Position numbers and translations under genes: made by a program. Shown in pieces: positions 1 through 13,200 of a stretch of DNA of 64,000 nucleotides (position 1 is its first letter; the number at the start of each line of letters is the position of its first letter). This DNA is from Planctomycetota bacterium. GTDB taxonomy: Bacteria; Planctomycetota; SZUA-567; H5-PLA8. The stretch spans positions 1 through 64,000 of the forward strand of contig BTVV01000007.1 of the NCBI GenBank assembly GCA_045863855.1, read 5' to 3'. Under the pieces are notes generated by a model, which was given only the letters and a program-made list of their open reading frames with translations, was not told the origin of the DNA and made no database searches.

Positions 1-1
1 G

Positions 2-1609
2 GACGACAACCGTAACGCGACTATCGAAAGCTATTACCGCAAAGCCGGCGCCGCCGAATGGCGCGAGATGCTTCCGCTGTTCCGGATCGAAAAGGGCGCG
101 CCCGAACGCAGCGAAAAGAAAGTAGGCTTCACCGTCGGCACACCCAAGGACGGCTGGCTCTTTGCGGGAAGCCTATTGATGCTCGAACCCGATACCGAGT
201 ACGAATGGCGGCTTACGCTCAAGGATCCCGACGGCAGCGAATCCGAGAAACTGCTCAAAGCACGTACCGCAACAGAACCTCAAGCGCCCCAGAATCTCAA
301 GACCTTCCATGTTATTCCCGGCGAAGGCGGCGGCAGCGGGACCGAAGCCGATCCGTTCAAGGGGCTCGCCGCGGCGCAAGCGCATGCCGAGCCCGGTACG
401 CTCTTTTTGCTCGGCGCGGGCACCTATAAGGGTGTGTTTGAAGTTCATAAAAGCGGCGCACCCGGCAAGCCCGTGATCTGGCGCGGCGCGGGGAAGGATA
501 AGACCATTCTGGATGCCACAGCCGGCGCCGAGAAACCAGCCGGACGCTGCATCTCTTGCGGCGATTTGAACGATGTCTGGTTCGAAGACATGGCCGTGAC
601 CCAAGCCGATTACGGAATCGTCGCGCATCGCAGCATCCGAATGGTCATGCGCCGCCTGCGCATCCAGGAAGTCGAATACGGCATCACCTGGACTAACAAC
701 GATAAAGGCAAAGTGGAAGGCTTTTGGGTGCTCGATTGCGTGATCCAAGGCCGCTCCACGTGGCCCCGCACCAAAGGCATCGAAGGCCGCCGCGGCATCC
801 AGGCCACCGGTCGCGGACACGTTATCGCTTACAATCGGATCGCCGGATTCGCCGACGCCATCGACACCTTCCCCAGCGTCGAATGTGCCGCCATCGATTT
901 CCATAACAACGAGATCACCGAGCAGACCGACGACGGCATCGAGATGGATTACTCGTTCCGCAATACGCGCTGTTTCGAAAACCGCTTCACCAATGTGTAT
1001 CAGGGCATCACCTGCCAGCCTACTTTCGGCGGCCCCGTCTACATTTTCCGCAATGCCGTTTACAACCTCGTCGGCGAGCCGTTCAAGCTTCACAATGGTC
1101 CTAGCGGAGTCCTGATGTTCCACAATACCTTTGTCAAGAACGGCGCCTGCAACGCCAGCTACGGGCCGTTTATCGCCAACTGCGTCTCGAAGAATAACCT
1201 CTTCATCGGCACCGAAAGCACCTACGCCTACGAAACCATCGCCGAATGCCGCGATAACGATTTCGACTACGACGGCTACGGCGGCGGCCCCTGGCGCGAT
1301 TTTCTGAAGTGGAACGACAAGCGCTACAAAACCGTCGAGGAAGTCCGCGCCACCGCGCCTGTTTACAAAAACGTGCGCATCGTGACGCCCGAGAAACTCT
1401 TCGCCACCGGCATCAAGCAGCCCGCCGACGGCAAGACCCAATTCGAGATCGCCGTCAACGACTTGCGCCTCAAAGAAGGCAGCGACGCCATCGATGCCGG
1501 CGTCAAGCTCCCGGGCTTCAACGACGGCTTCAAGGGCGAAGCTCCCGACCTGGGCGCCTTCGAACTGGGCGCCGCGTTACCGCATTACGGCCCGCGCGCT
1601 TCGAAGTAA
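2..1609 (+). CDS. Right-handed parallel beta-helix (pectin-lyase-like) protein, 5' partial
   Basis: Frame is open from the window start (DDNRNATIESYYRK...); Asn-ladder beta-helix repeats (DFHNNEI, CFENRF, IFRNAVYN, FHNTF, KNNLF); C-terminal DLRLKEGSDAIDAG...PDLGAFE motif typical of such exported proteins. Confidence 0.7.
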   Translation, partial: DDNRNATIESYYRKAGAAEWREMLPLFRIEKGAPERSEKKVGFTVGTPKDGWLFAGSLLMLEPDTEYEWRLTLKDPDGSESEKLLKARTATEPQAPQNLKTFHVIPGEGGGSGTEADPFKGLAAAQAHAEPGTLFLLGAGTYKGVFEVHKSGAPGKPVIWRGAGKDKTILDATAGAEKPAGRCISCGDLNDVWFEDMAVTQADYGIVAHRSIRMVMRRLRIQEVEYGITWTNNDKGKVEGFWVLDCVIQGRSTWPRTKGIEGRRGIQATGRGHVIAYNRIAGFADAIDTFPSVECAAIDFHNNEITEQTDDGIEMDYSFRNTRCFENRFTNVYQGITCQPTFGGPVYIFRNAVYNLVGEPFKLHNGPSGVLMFHNTFVKNGACNASYGPFIANCVSKNNLFIGTESTYAYETIAECRDNDFDYDGYGGGPWRDFLKWNDKRYKTVEEVRATAPVYKNVRIVTPEKLFATGIKQPADGKTQFEIAVNDLRLKEGSDAIDAGVKLPGFNDGFKGEAPDLGAFELGAALPHYGPRASK

Positions 1610-1795
1610 GCTCCCCGTAACGCCGGCGTTTAGCCGGCAGCCGAGGCCGGAAGGTATCGTGGACATCGTGCCCGCACCTAATGGCTGTTAGCGTCCCGGC
1701 GCCTAACCCCGCCGTTCCGCGCGTTGACTCCCGCGCCACACTCCGTACCCTTCGCTCTGCTTTTCGTCCGCACATCTCGATAGGAATCGCCTCGC

Positions 1796-3613
<1,818 letters not shown>

Positions 3614-3626
3614 CGTCGCTCGATCC

Positions 3627-6260
3627 CTACTCCCATTTGATCCCTGAAAAATCCGGGCGCAGCAGCAGGGTGGGGAAGTCGTAGTCGCCTTTGCGGACGA
3701 AGACTCCGGTTTCCGGCGCGTACACGCACTGCCCGTACAGATTCAATTTCTTCTTGGGCGCACCCGGAGCGTACACGCTCCCCAACGCCGCCCACTTCTT
3801 CTTATCCAGGTTCAGCACCCACAGATCTTCGTAATGCTGCGAGGCCAGCACCGCGTACGGCGTACCGGGAATGACCGAAAGCTTCCCCATTCCGCAGCGC
3901 GGAGCGCCCGCGCCCGTCTCCACCTTCGTCCACGCACTCGGATTCGCGAGGTCCAGCACCCACGTCTCGGTATCCTGCTGCTTCTTCGAATCCCCCGCGC
4001 CGTGAAGCACCAGCACGTTCCGATCGGGATGCACCGCCAGGCCGCTCCATTCGCAGTTGATCTTCGGCACCGGCCCCGTGAGCGTCACGTTGCGCGTTTC
4101 GCCGGTGAGCAGATCGCCCAGATGCAGCGACGAACCGTTGATCGGATCGCCGGAATTCTGACCGCGCCCCAACCCGACCAGCAGTGCCTTGGCTGGATGC
4201 AGGCAACTGGATCCGGGCATCGCCGGACGCTTCTCGCCCAGCACATGCGCGTAGGTCGTCTTCGGTTTATCGCGCGTCGCCCACTCGAAGCCGCCTTGCC
4301 CGCCGTACACGATCCGCCCCGCATACGACTCGTACCCGCGCGCGTGGAACGATAGTCCCACGCCGCGCTCGAAGCTCGGCATGCTCAGTGCGTCCGACCA
4401 ATATCCGAAGATCGCCGGAGGATACTGCGATGGGAACGCATTCACCCAGAGGTTGCACTCCGGAAAGTACGCGCTGATCGTGTTGTCCATCGTCCCGCCG
4501 TGCCCGCCGCCTTGGTAGATCACGCAGCGCAGGGCCGGATCCCAGCTCATGGTGCTCCACGATCGCCCCGTCACTTCCTTCGGCGGTTTCGCGAGCGTCC
4601 ACGTGTTGGCCGGCAGTGCCTTCAGCCGGGCCAACGTCTCCGCATCCGCCGGCGGAGGGAAGGCCGCGTCGTCCGCCGCCTCCCGCGGAGCCGCCGTACC
4701 CGCCGCGACGGGCGCGCCGTCCGCCGGAACCAATTCGAACGCCGCCTCGTCCTTCCCGTGCTTGTCGTTCGAGACCGCCAGGACGTACCGGTCGCGCTTC
4801 GCGTCGTAGGCCAGGTCGCAGTAGAGCCCCTTCGGCCGCCCCGCACCTGCTTTGCTCCAACAGTCCTGTGCGGCGTCGTAGGCGTATGTCCCGTTCGTCG
4901 TCGCGTAGAGCACCACCCCGCGCTTTGAATCGAAGCACATCCCCGGCCAGTCGGCCGCTTCGGGCGCCGGGGCTTTCCGCCGCCAGCGCCGCGAAGCGCA
5001 GTCGTACACCCAGGTGTCGTTCAGCAGCCGGTCCAGCCGCGTTCCGCCGGCCATCACGATGCAACGGTTCTTCGCGTCGTACACCACGCTCGTCGAACAC
5101 CGCGGCGTCGGCTGCACGTACAAGTCCTCGCGCAACAGGATCCGCAGTTCGCGGTACAGTGCCTGCTGCTGCGCGCACAGCGCCGGCAACTCCGCGATTT
5201 TCCCCGCGTTCAGCCCCGCGAGTGCTTTTTCGCCGCGCTCGATCGAACGAGCCAGCTGCGCCGCCGCTTCCTTGAACTGCTCCACGTCTCCGGCCGAAAG
5301 CGACCCCGCGGGCTTCTCCCATTCGCCGCGCAGCGCGGCCAGAACGGCCAGCGCCTGCTTCTGCGCCGCGCCCGCTGCCGGAAGCGCCTGTGCCGCGTCG
5401 TCCGCCTTCTCCTGGCGGAAGCCGATCAGCGCCTTCCAGCCCGCCGCCACCGCCAACCGCTGAAGGCCGATCGCTTCTCCCAGCTTCGCACGCGCGGCGA
5501 GCATCTCCTTCGCGCCCAGTTCCGGAGCGCGCCACGCGTTCGTGTTCGGATCGTAAACCAGCGTTCCCAAGTGCCCGGCCGCGACCCCCGCCTCGTCCGG
5601 CAATTCCGTACGCGCCAGTTCGGGGTAGCGCCAGCTCCGCGTCGAACGCGTGATCCAAAGCGGGAAGATCACGTATTCGTCGTTCACTTCGTCGTAGCAC
5701 ATCGAACCCCATTGTCCCGGCACAGGCGCGAACCACGCGCCCTCGTAACTCGTTGGCGCGCTCCCCTCCACGCGCTTCCCGTCCGCGCCGATCCAGCCCG
5801 CTTTCAGATCCGTCCACCCCTTCGTCGCCGGGTCGTAGGCCGCCGTAAGGTTGTGCGCGGCGACCACCATGCGCTTGCGCTTCGAATCCCAGCACGCCAG
5901 CCGAAAGAGCATGAACGGAGCCGGCCGCCCGCTTGCCACCACCCAACCGGCGTGCGACTGCCCGCCGTAGAAGCTTCCGCCGAGCGAAGCCGTGTCCGGA
6001 GCGTACTCGTGCGTCCAAGCGCGCTTCTCGGCCTCGAATGCGCTCACTTCGTTCGTAGCTTGTCCGTTGTGCGGGTTGCCCATGCTCCCCCAGCGCAGCA
6101 CCTGCCCGCGCTCGGGCGCGTACACCAGCGCGCCGCTCACCGAACCGCCCGTCGGACCCAGCGGCGTCCAGGCCCCCGGCTCGGCCGGAGCTGCCTCGCC
6201 GCCCTGCGCCAACCCCGCCAGCCACACCGCCGCCAGCCAGACCGCCGTGAACCTGTGCAT
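3627..6260 (-). CDS. Secreted Kelch/beta-propeller-like protein
   Basis: Signal peptide (MHRFTAVWLAAVWLAGLAQG); repeated propeller motifs (YDPATKGW, YDPNTNAW, LNDTWVYD, YDAAQDCW, TETWVLDL). Confidence 0.65.
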   Translation of the reverse strand: MHRFTAVWLAAVWLAGLAQGGEAAPAEPGAWTPLGPTGGSVSGALVYAPERGQVLRWGSMGNPHNGQATNEVSAFEAEKRAWTHEYAPDTASLGGSFYGGQSHAGWVVASGRPAPFMLFRLACWDSKRKRMVVAAHNLTAAYDPATKGWTDLKAGWIGADGKRVEGSAPTSYEGAWFAPVPGQWGSMCYDEVNDEYVIFPLWITRSTRSWRYPELARTELPDEAGVAAGHLGTLVYDPNTNAWRAPELGAKEMLAARAKLGEAIGLQRLAVAAGWKALIGFRQEKADDAAQALPAAGAAQKQALAVLAALRGEWEKPAGSLSAGDVEQFKEAAAQLARSIERGEKALAGLNAGKIAELPALCAQQQALYRELRILLREDLYVQPTPRCSTSVVYDAKNRCIVMAGGTRLDRLLNDTWVYDCASRRWRRKAPAPEAADWPGMCFDSKRGVVLYATTNGTYAYDAAQDCWSKAGAGRPKGLYCDLAYDAKRDRYVLAVSNDKHGKDEAAFELVPADGAPVAAGTAAPREAADDAAFPPPADAETLARLKALPANTWTLAKPPKEVTGRSWSTMSWDPALRCVIYQGGGHGGTMDNTISAYFPECNLWVNAFPSQYPPAIFGYWSDALSMPSFERGVGLSFHARGYESYAGRIVYGGQGGFEWATRDKPKTTYAHVLGEKRPAMPGSSCLHPAKALLVGLGRGQNSGDPINGSSLHLGDLLTGETRNVTLTGPVPKINCEWSGLAVHPDRNVLVLHGAGDSKKQQDTETWVLDLANPSAWTKVETGAGAPRCGMGKLSVIPGTPYAVLASQHYEDLWVLNLDKKKWAALGSVYAPGAPKKKLNLYGQCVYAPETGVFVRKGDYDFPTLLLRPDFSGIKWE

Positions 6261-6485
6261 CTCACGCGCCCTCCGTTCCGAAACAGCATACCCCGCCCCC
6301 CGTTTGCCCTACGCTTTAAAGCGGTTTGCTGTTTATTTCTGTGCTATAAATAGAGCGGAGACCAAGGGAGCCGAACCACCCGTGAAGCGCGCTCTTGGAA
6401 TCCCGCTTTCCCTGGGAAAGGGCTGGGGCAGGAGTGGTCTTTCAAGCCCCATTTGCCGATTGCGATCGCCACGCCGGAGTCACCT

Positions 6486-7568
6486 ATGCGCCGCGGACGC
6501 CCGCCCGGACCACACGCCCTCTACCGCCGCTTGGCCAAACGTCTGCGTGAAGGTCTTGCAACCGGACGCTGGCCCACCGGAACCGTCTGGCCATCCCTGC
6601 GCGCATTGGCTCGCGAACATCGCGCCGGCCCCATCACGATTCGCGCCGCCGTGGAGATCCTTCAGGCCGAAGGCTGGCTCGAGAAGCAGCCGGGCGGCCG
6701 GCTGCTCGTCCGCGATCGCAACGGCATCCAATCGGCCACGCATCGGCTTATCGTCGAAGTGGTCAGTGGGTTTCTCGATCACCAATTGCGCACGCGCTAC
6801 GGCAAACAAATACAGGACGGACTTACACTCGAGGTGGCCAATCAAGGCCGCGCGCTACTTCTGGCGCATCACTGGCGCTTCACTTACGCGGCGCCCGCGA
6901 GCTTCGAAAATCTCCAGGCACACGGCGTCCTGCTTTGGGGTCATTTCGTTCGCGAAGCCTTGCGCGCCTTCGAGCGCATGGAGATGCCGGTGGTCTTCGT
7001 CGATCGTCCGCCCGAAGCGTGGAACATGCACAGCGCTTGCGTGGACAATGAAGCCGCCGCCGAAGAAGCCACTCGAAAGCTCATCGAATACGGCCACCGC
7101 CGCATCGCGTTCATCCGCCAGATTGCCGTCCACGCGCGGCATACCGATCCGGACACCATCGAGCGCCAGCGCGGCTACGAACGAGCGTTGCGTACGGCCG
7201 GGCTAAGCCCCAAAAAAGAATGGATTGTCAATTCGCTCTCCAACGACACCCCGGCCAGTCCCGCCTTTCGCACGTTACTCTCCGGCGCCCGGCGTCCTAC
7301 CGCGGTGCTGGCCGTTGATGCTCAAAAAGCGGTCCTAGTACTCGAAGCCGCGCGCCAAGGTGGGTTGCATACGCCCCGGCAACTCAGCGTGGCCTGCTTT
7401 CAGGAGAAAGATCCCGAACACCCCGAACTCTCAGGCCCGCGCGTGGATTTTACCGAACTTGCCCGCCAGGCGGCGTTGCTGCTGAAGGAACCGAAGCGTC
7501 CGCCGCAGATTCGTCGCATCCCTGCCGTCTGGGCCGAAGGGCAGAGCATCGCGAGGCCGGGTGATTAA
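6486..7568 (+). CDS. GntR-type wHTH / LacI-type effector-domain transcriptional regulator (AraR-like architecture)
   Basis: N-terminal LYRRLAKRLREGL...WPSLRALA...TIRAAVEILQAEG; C-terminal PVVFVDR, VDNEAAA, LIEYGHRRIAF, RPTAV motifs; ATG at 6486 preferred. Confidence 0.8.
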   Translation: MRRGRPPGPHALYRRLAKRLREGLATGRWPTGTVWPSLRALAREHRAGPITIRAAVEILQAEGWLEKQPGGRLLVRDRNGIQSATHRLIVEVVSGFLDHQLRTRYGKQIQDGLTLEVANQGRALLLAHHWRFTYAAPASFENLQAHGVLLWGHFVREALRAFERMEMPVVFVDRPPEAWNMHSACVDNEAAAEEATRKLIEYGHRRIAFIRQIAVHARHTDPDTIERQRGYERALRTAGLSPKKEWIVNSLSNDTPASPAFRTLLSGARRPTAVLAVDAQKAVLVLEAARQGGLHTPRQLSVACFQEKDPEHPELSGPRVDFTELARQAALLLKEPKRPPQIRRIPAVWAEGQSIARPGD

Positions 7569-7762
7569 TCCGCAGAACAGGACTGAATCAAACCCTAGGG
7601 AGAAACTCCTGCCGGCCTCTGTCGCAGTGCGAATAGCAGCATCGTGCAACACAAAACCGGAGCGCCCGCGCGCGGCTCAACCACTCACTCGCCCGGCTTG
7701 CCGTCCAGGTTACGAATGAGCCGCTTCCCCGTCGCGTGCGCTCCGGTAGTTTGCGGCACCGG

Positions 7763-7948
7763 CTAAGGTGCGGTCAGTACCCACGCCAAGACCGCCGCCG
7801 ACAACGCCACCAGCCCGATCAAGAGCGGTTTAATCAGATCCTCGATGATCTGCTCGTCCGGCCCCTTGAACTTAGGCGTAGGTACCGTCTTCGAAGCTGA
7901 GAGCTTCTTTTCCGCCGCCATCGATCGCACCCGTTCCGACTGACGCAT
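7763..7948 (-). CDS. Small single-pass membrane protein
   Basis: GAAGGGG lies upstream of ATG 7948 (alternative start 7921); C-terminal hydrophobic helix LLIGLVALSAAVLAWVL. Confidence 0.5.
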   Translation of the reverse strand: MRQSERVRSMAAEKKLSASKTVPTPKFKGPDEQIIEDLIKPLLIGLVALSAAVLAWVLTAP

Positions 7949-8338
7949 AGCGTACGCCCCTTCATCCCGTGTGGGGAACCCCCACAGCTTATTCTTTCTG
8001 TCCAATCCGCCAACGCGCATCCGTTGGTCAACCGAACGGAACGACACTAGAATTGCGGCCAAAAGCACCTAGTGCAATTTGTTCGCCAAACCACCTTGCC
8101 ATCTGAAGATTTGGTATTAGATTGCACTTTGAGCGTGACTCGATCCTCGAAAGGTAAAAATGACAATCAAGGGCAAGTTAGAAGGACTCAGCACTGATTT
8201 GCCAAGGGCTTTTGCAAGCGAGATACGGTAATAAACGACAGGTTATGGCATAAGTATACGTCTACCCGAGACCATCCGCGTGGAGTACCTTTCCTCATCG
8301 ACACACGAAGTCCAAGGCACGAAGCGAAAGGGAACTGC

Positions 8339-9439
8339 ATGACCGTCAGCGCACCTGAAACCGAATCTAAGCCGGCCGTCCAGAAGGCCATCCGCTGCGT
8401 GGACTGCGACGTCCACCAGTCGGGCCCCGATCGCGACGCCATGCTCAAGCATGTGCCCAAGGCTTGGAAAGATCGCTTCCAATCCGTTGGGCATGTAGGT
8501 CACCTAGGACTGCACAACCCCGTGGGGGTCACGCGGCAGGATTGCAAAGACCGCAACGGTAAACACGGCGCGGGTTCGCCAATTGGCCTAAACGATTGTC
8601 TGATGGAGCCTTACGGGATTGACCGCGTAATCCTGACCGGTGGAATTTACAGCCAAGGCGGGATTCATCCGGACGCCGATTGGGCCGACATCATTTGCCG
8701 AGCCTACAACGATGCACTCTTGGAAACCTGGATTCCACAAGATGATAGGATGCACATGGCCATCGCAGTCACGACCCGCGACGCCGAACTCGGAGCGGCC
8801 GAAGTTCGCCGCCTGGGTGCGCATCCCAAGGTAGCCGGAGCCATTATCAGTTCCGCTTGTACGGCGCCATTGGGTCAGCGACAGTTCCATCCCCTCTATG
8901 CCGCTTGTTCTGAACTGGAACTGCCCTTGATGATGCACCCGGGCGCCGAAGGCTGCGGCGTTTCCACCGCGCCCACCGCAGCAGGCTTCCCGACGCGCTA
9001 TATCGAGTGGCATACGGGCATTATCCAAGTCTTCCAGGCGCATCTGACGAGCATGGTCTGCGAAGGCGTCTTCCAGAAGTTCCCCAAGCTCAAGGTGGTG
9101 CTCGTCGAAGGCGGGATTTCCTGGATCGTGCCGCTCATGTGGCGCCTCGATAAAAACTGGAAAGCGCTCCGCTCGACGGTCCCGTGGCTGGACCGCAAAC
9201 CCAGTGAAATTATCCGAGATCACGTTTACCTCACGACCCAACCGATCGAAGAACCCGATAACCACGAGCACTTGGTTCAACTCTTTAACATGTTTGACGC
9301 CAAGAAGATGCTGTTGTTCGCGAGCGACTTCCCGCATTGGGACGGCGATACGCCTCAGTTTGCTCTGCGCGGCTTCGACGCCGATTTCAAGCACCATGTG
9401 ATGGCTCAGAATGCCATTGACCTGTTCGGGTTGGAATAA
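8339..9439 (+). CDS. Amidohydrolase family protein (amidohydrolase_2 / decarboxylase-like)
   Basis: VDCDVH, YNDA, MMHP, GVFQKFPKLKVVLVEGG and LLFASDFPHWD motifs. Confidence 0.85.
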   Translation: MTVSAPETESKPAVQKAIRCVDCDVHQSGPDRDAMLKHVPKAWKDRFQSVGHVGHLGLHNPVGVTRQDCKDRNGKHGAGSPIGLNDCLMEPYGIDRVILTGGIYSQGGIHPDADWADIICRAYNDALLETWIPQDDRMHMAIAVTTRDAELGAAEVRRLGAHPKVAGAIISSACTAPLGQRQFHPLYAACSELELPLMMHPGAEGCGVSTAPTAAGFPTRYIEWHTGIIQVFQAHLTSMVCEGVFQKFPKLKVVLVEGGISWIVPLMWRLDKNWKALRSTVPWLDRKPSEIIRDHVYLTTQPIEEPDNHEHLVQLFNMFDAKKMLLFASDFPHWDGDTPQFALRGFDADFKHHVMAQNAIDLFGLE

Positions 9440-9550
9440 GCCGTTTCCAAAACCGCGAGAGATGCTTTCAAAGCCCATTCATAACGCTTAGAGGCTCAAA
9501 ACCGAGCTTTAGAACCTTACGCGCTTTGTTCAGAACGAAAGGTCGCCTGC

Positions 9551-9922
9551 ATGGTAGCCAACCGCGAAAAGACCAAAGTGGAAGTCGCTAAGGTGAGTGA
9601 ACTGCCACCCGGTCAGAGCAAAATCATCACCGTAGGTCGAAGAGAGGTAGGGGTTTACAATGTCGGAGGGCAATATCGAGCGGTCCTGAATATATGCCCG
9701 CACGAGCTGGCTCCTGTCTGCAAAGGTAAGGTGGTCGGCACCCGGGTCCCCTCCAAACCAAACGAATACAAATGGGGCAGAGACGGGGAGATTCTGCAAT
9801 GCCCTTGGCACGGTTGGGAATTCGACCTCAAGGATGGCAAGAGCCTCCATGAGCCGCATAAGTGTCATCTCAAGACCTATGAGATCCAGGTGGAGCAGGA
9901 AACTGTTTTTCTTCTCGTATAA
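9551..9922 (+). CDS. Rieske [2Fe-2S] ferredoxin
   Basis: CPH...CPWHGWEFD Rieske ligand motifs. Confidence 0.9.
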   Translation: MVANREKTKVEVAKVSELPPGQSKIITVGRREVGVYNVGGQYRAVLNICPHELAPVCKGKVVGTRVPSKPNEYKWGRDGEILQCPWHGWEFDLKDGKSLHEPHKCHLKTYEIQVEQETVFLLV

Positions 9923-10214
9923 CTTGAATTGAAATATAGTGTTATGAACTTCTACGGCTAGATAATACCTGCCCGCTAGGCAATGCGATAAGGATCGCTG
10001 TATCTATTTATAGATCAACCGTTCTATGAATTTCGAATCAAGTCTTTCACTTTTTCATTCTGCTAACAGTAAAGTAATTCAGTAGATCTGTGTTCTGATT
10101 ACAGTTAGGAGATTTTTTGCATGCCGGATATTGGGGCTTGTTCGTTACACCTATTGATCGTAGGATTACCAAGCTGCACCTTGAGCTTCCTAAACGACGC
10201 ACCTTGGACGAAGC

Positions 10215-13200
10215 ATGGCCGAGCAGCCCTCCAAATCTTCTTCACCCAAGGCCAGCGCCACCGGTCTAAATAAAGTATCTGCATCGGGTTCCAGGAACCG
10301 ATCAGTGCCTGGAGAGACCCCTCGCAAGATCCAGATCGAAGGCTACGAGATTATCGAAAAGGTGGGCCAAGGGGCGATGGGCGCGGTATATAAGGCGCGC
10401 CAGGTGGCCATGGATCGCATCGTGGCCCTTAAGCTTCTCCCACCACGCTTAGCCAAAGATCCGAAGTTCATCGAGAACTTCTACGCCGAGGCGAGGGCAT
10501 CCGCTAAACTCAATCATACCAACGTAGTAGCCGGGATCGACGTAGGCGAATCGGGCGGCCTCCATTACTTTGCCATGGAGTTCGTGGAGGGTGAGTCGGC
10601 GCTTGCGAAGCTGAAGCGTGAAGGCGCGCTCAAAGCCGAAGATGCACTGGGCATTGCCATCAAGATTACCGAAGCGTTGGAGCATGCGCACAAGCACCGC
10701 CTCGTGCATCGGGACATCAAGCCGGACAATATCCTGCTCGATCGCGGCGGTGCGATCAAGCTAGCCGATCTGGGTCTCGCCAAGTCCAATTCCGAAGATG
10801 AGAACGATGCCGATACGCTGACCTCCGGCAAGAAGGCCGTCGGCACGCCGGCGTACATGAGCCCCGAGCAAGCTAAAGCGCAGGACGACATCGACATCCG
10901 CGCCGATGTGTACAGCCTTGGTGCAACCCTCTACCAGCTCTTGACTAAGAACTATATCTTTACCGGCCGCAGCCGCGAGGTGATGAAAAAGCAGGTCCGA
11001 GGGGTTGCGCTGTCGATCCTCACCATTAAGCCATCCCTCGATCCTGGCCTGGTTTACGTGATCGAAAAGTGCCTCTGTAAGGATCGTGAAGACCGCTACG
11101 CCGAGCCGTCCGAATTACTCGAAGACCTGCAACGCCTGAAGCGAGGCGAAGTTCCGGAAGCGGCCCTCGAAGAGCTGGGACCCTCGAGTATGTCGTCGAC
11201 GGCGGCGGCCATCAAAGAGTTTGGGATCAAGTACCCGCCACCGGATGCGCTCAAACGAACCTCGCGCACCATGCGCCCACCCAAGCGCCGCCCGCGGCGC
11301 GCGGGCTTCACGCGCGTCGGTCTGCCCAACGAGGCGCCGGATGCGAAGCCTTCTAACAAGGTTGTGCAACCAGAACCGAAGAAGCCTGTACCCCCAGCCG
11401 ACACGGAGGACGATGGCTCCGACTCGGATGCCGCGTCGCCTGTCAAAGGGCTGATCCCGGTCGAACCTAAAAAGCGGCCTTCCGAACGTTTGACCGACTC
11501 GTCCAAACGCATTCCCGCGGCCGAACTGAAATCCAAAGCCGGCAGTTCGGCGACTCGAGTTCCCGTCGCCGAACCGGAAGGCAAGCGCAAGGGTTCGTCG
11601 ATCCATCGAATCAAGCCTCCCCACTTGGGCGGAGGCAAGAGCGACAGCAGCGCCTCCCGGCTTCGAGTGGGCAGTCAGATTAAGGCAAAGGGTTCCAGCA
11701 GCACGATTCAGCGCACCGCACCGCGTGCCTTGCGCCCGGTACGCCAGAGCGGGAGCAGCATGATTACCGTGCTGATCCTGGCGGCGGTGGCGATCGTGGC
11801 CGGGGCGGTGCTCTTCTCGTCCTCATCCGTCCGCCCGCAGTCCAACGACCCCGATCGAGAGGCCGAAACCACCAACTCCAACGCCACCGATAACCCGGGC
11901 ACGCAGCAGTCGGCCGCCAAGGTCAAGGTGGCCGAATTCGATGCCTGGATCGCGGAATTGCCGCCCGATGCGGACAGCACTGCGCTGGTGGCGCTCAGCG
12001 ACCGGCTCCATTCGGCCGGCGTGACAGAGAAGCACCCCGAGGTTCAACAGGCGGCCAAGAGCCGCTGGGCAGATGTCCAAAAGCGCCTGGAAGAGTCGGA
12101 ACGCAAAGCGTTGGAACCGCGTCTGGCCGAAAGCCGCAAAGCTTCCGGAATGCCGGACTTTCGCGCGGCGCTGGCTGCGTTGAATGCGGCGGGTGCGGAG
12201 TACCGCTCCGAAGCGGTGCGCGCCGAACACGATGCGGCCGTGGCGCAGGTGCAAGAGAAGGCCGCCGAGTGGTGGAAAGCGTTGGAAGGCCAGTTGGAGC
12301 AGGCCGAGAAGAAGCAAGCCGAAGCGCTGGATGAGAAATTAGCCCAAGCTGAAAAGATTTTGCCTGAAAATCTGGCCGAGCACGTCAAAGCGGCGCGCGT
12401 GAAAATGGCTGCGCGTCTGGCTGCATTGACAGCCGAATCGGAGCGCAACGAATTCGAACAACGCCGCACCGCCGCTTTGGCCTTAAAAGCCAACCCCGCC
12501 GGTTGGCTCCAGGCCGAGACCGACCTGAAGGCGCTGGCGGGAGACGTTCGGTTTACCGTTCGAGTCGCCGAACTGAAGCCGCTGCTGGACGATCTGGAAG
12601 CGCCCGCCGCGTTGGTGCGCCAAGCTCGAGCCAGCTTGCCCGTGCTCAAAGCCGGCGACCGCATCCATTGGTATTTGGACGGAGCGCAGCCCCAGGCCGG
12701 CCGCATCCTTGGCATCGAGAAGGACAAGGTGAAGCTTAGCCTCGGTTCGGCCGAACGCACGGTCGATCTATCCGCTTTGGCGCCGGATGACTTGCTCGCC
12801 GTCGCCGATGCCGAATCGCATCCCGCGCCGCAGCGCGTGCTCTGGCATACCGGCGCGCTGCGCCTGCTTTTGGAAATCAAGGAAGGCAAGCGCGCCAAAG
12901 CGGTATTAGACCGGGCGACCAAGATTCCCAACGCGCTGTCCGATCCGCGCCTCCAAGGCCTGCTCCCGCAACTTGAGCCACTCGTCGCGGACGCGAAAGG
13001 CGACGAACTGACGGCGAAGCTCGCCGAGGTCCGTACGCATATCGCCGAACTGCGCACGCCCGCGGCCCGCAAGCTCTGGACGGACCTGCAGCGCGAGTTT
13101 CCGGACGCCGAAGCGGTCAAACAGCAGGCCGACGAATTAAACGGGTTGATCGAGGAAGCCGAAAAGCGCACGGCGCTGGTCGACAAGCTCAAGGGTTCGC

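Noticed and set aside
1617..1650. GTAACGCCGGCGTTTAGCCGGC as a REP element
   Set aside because: Only one copy was noticed in the window and no associated transposase is present; insufficient support
9923..10214. AT-rich spacer as a replication origin
   Set aside because: No cluster of DnaA boxes recognised and no dnaA/dnaN/parAB nearby; more likely a promoter region or junction
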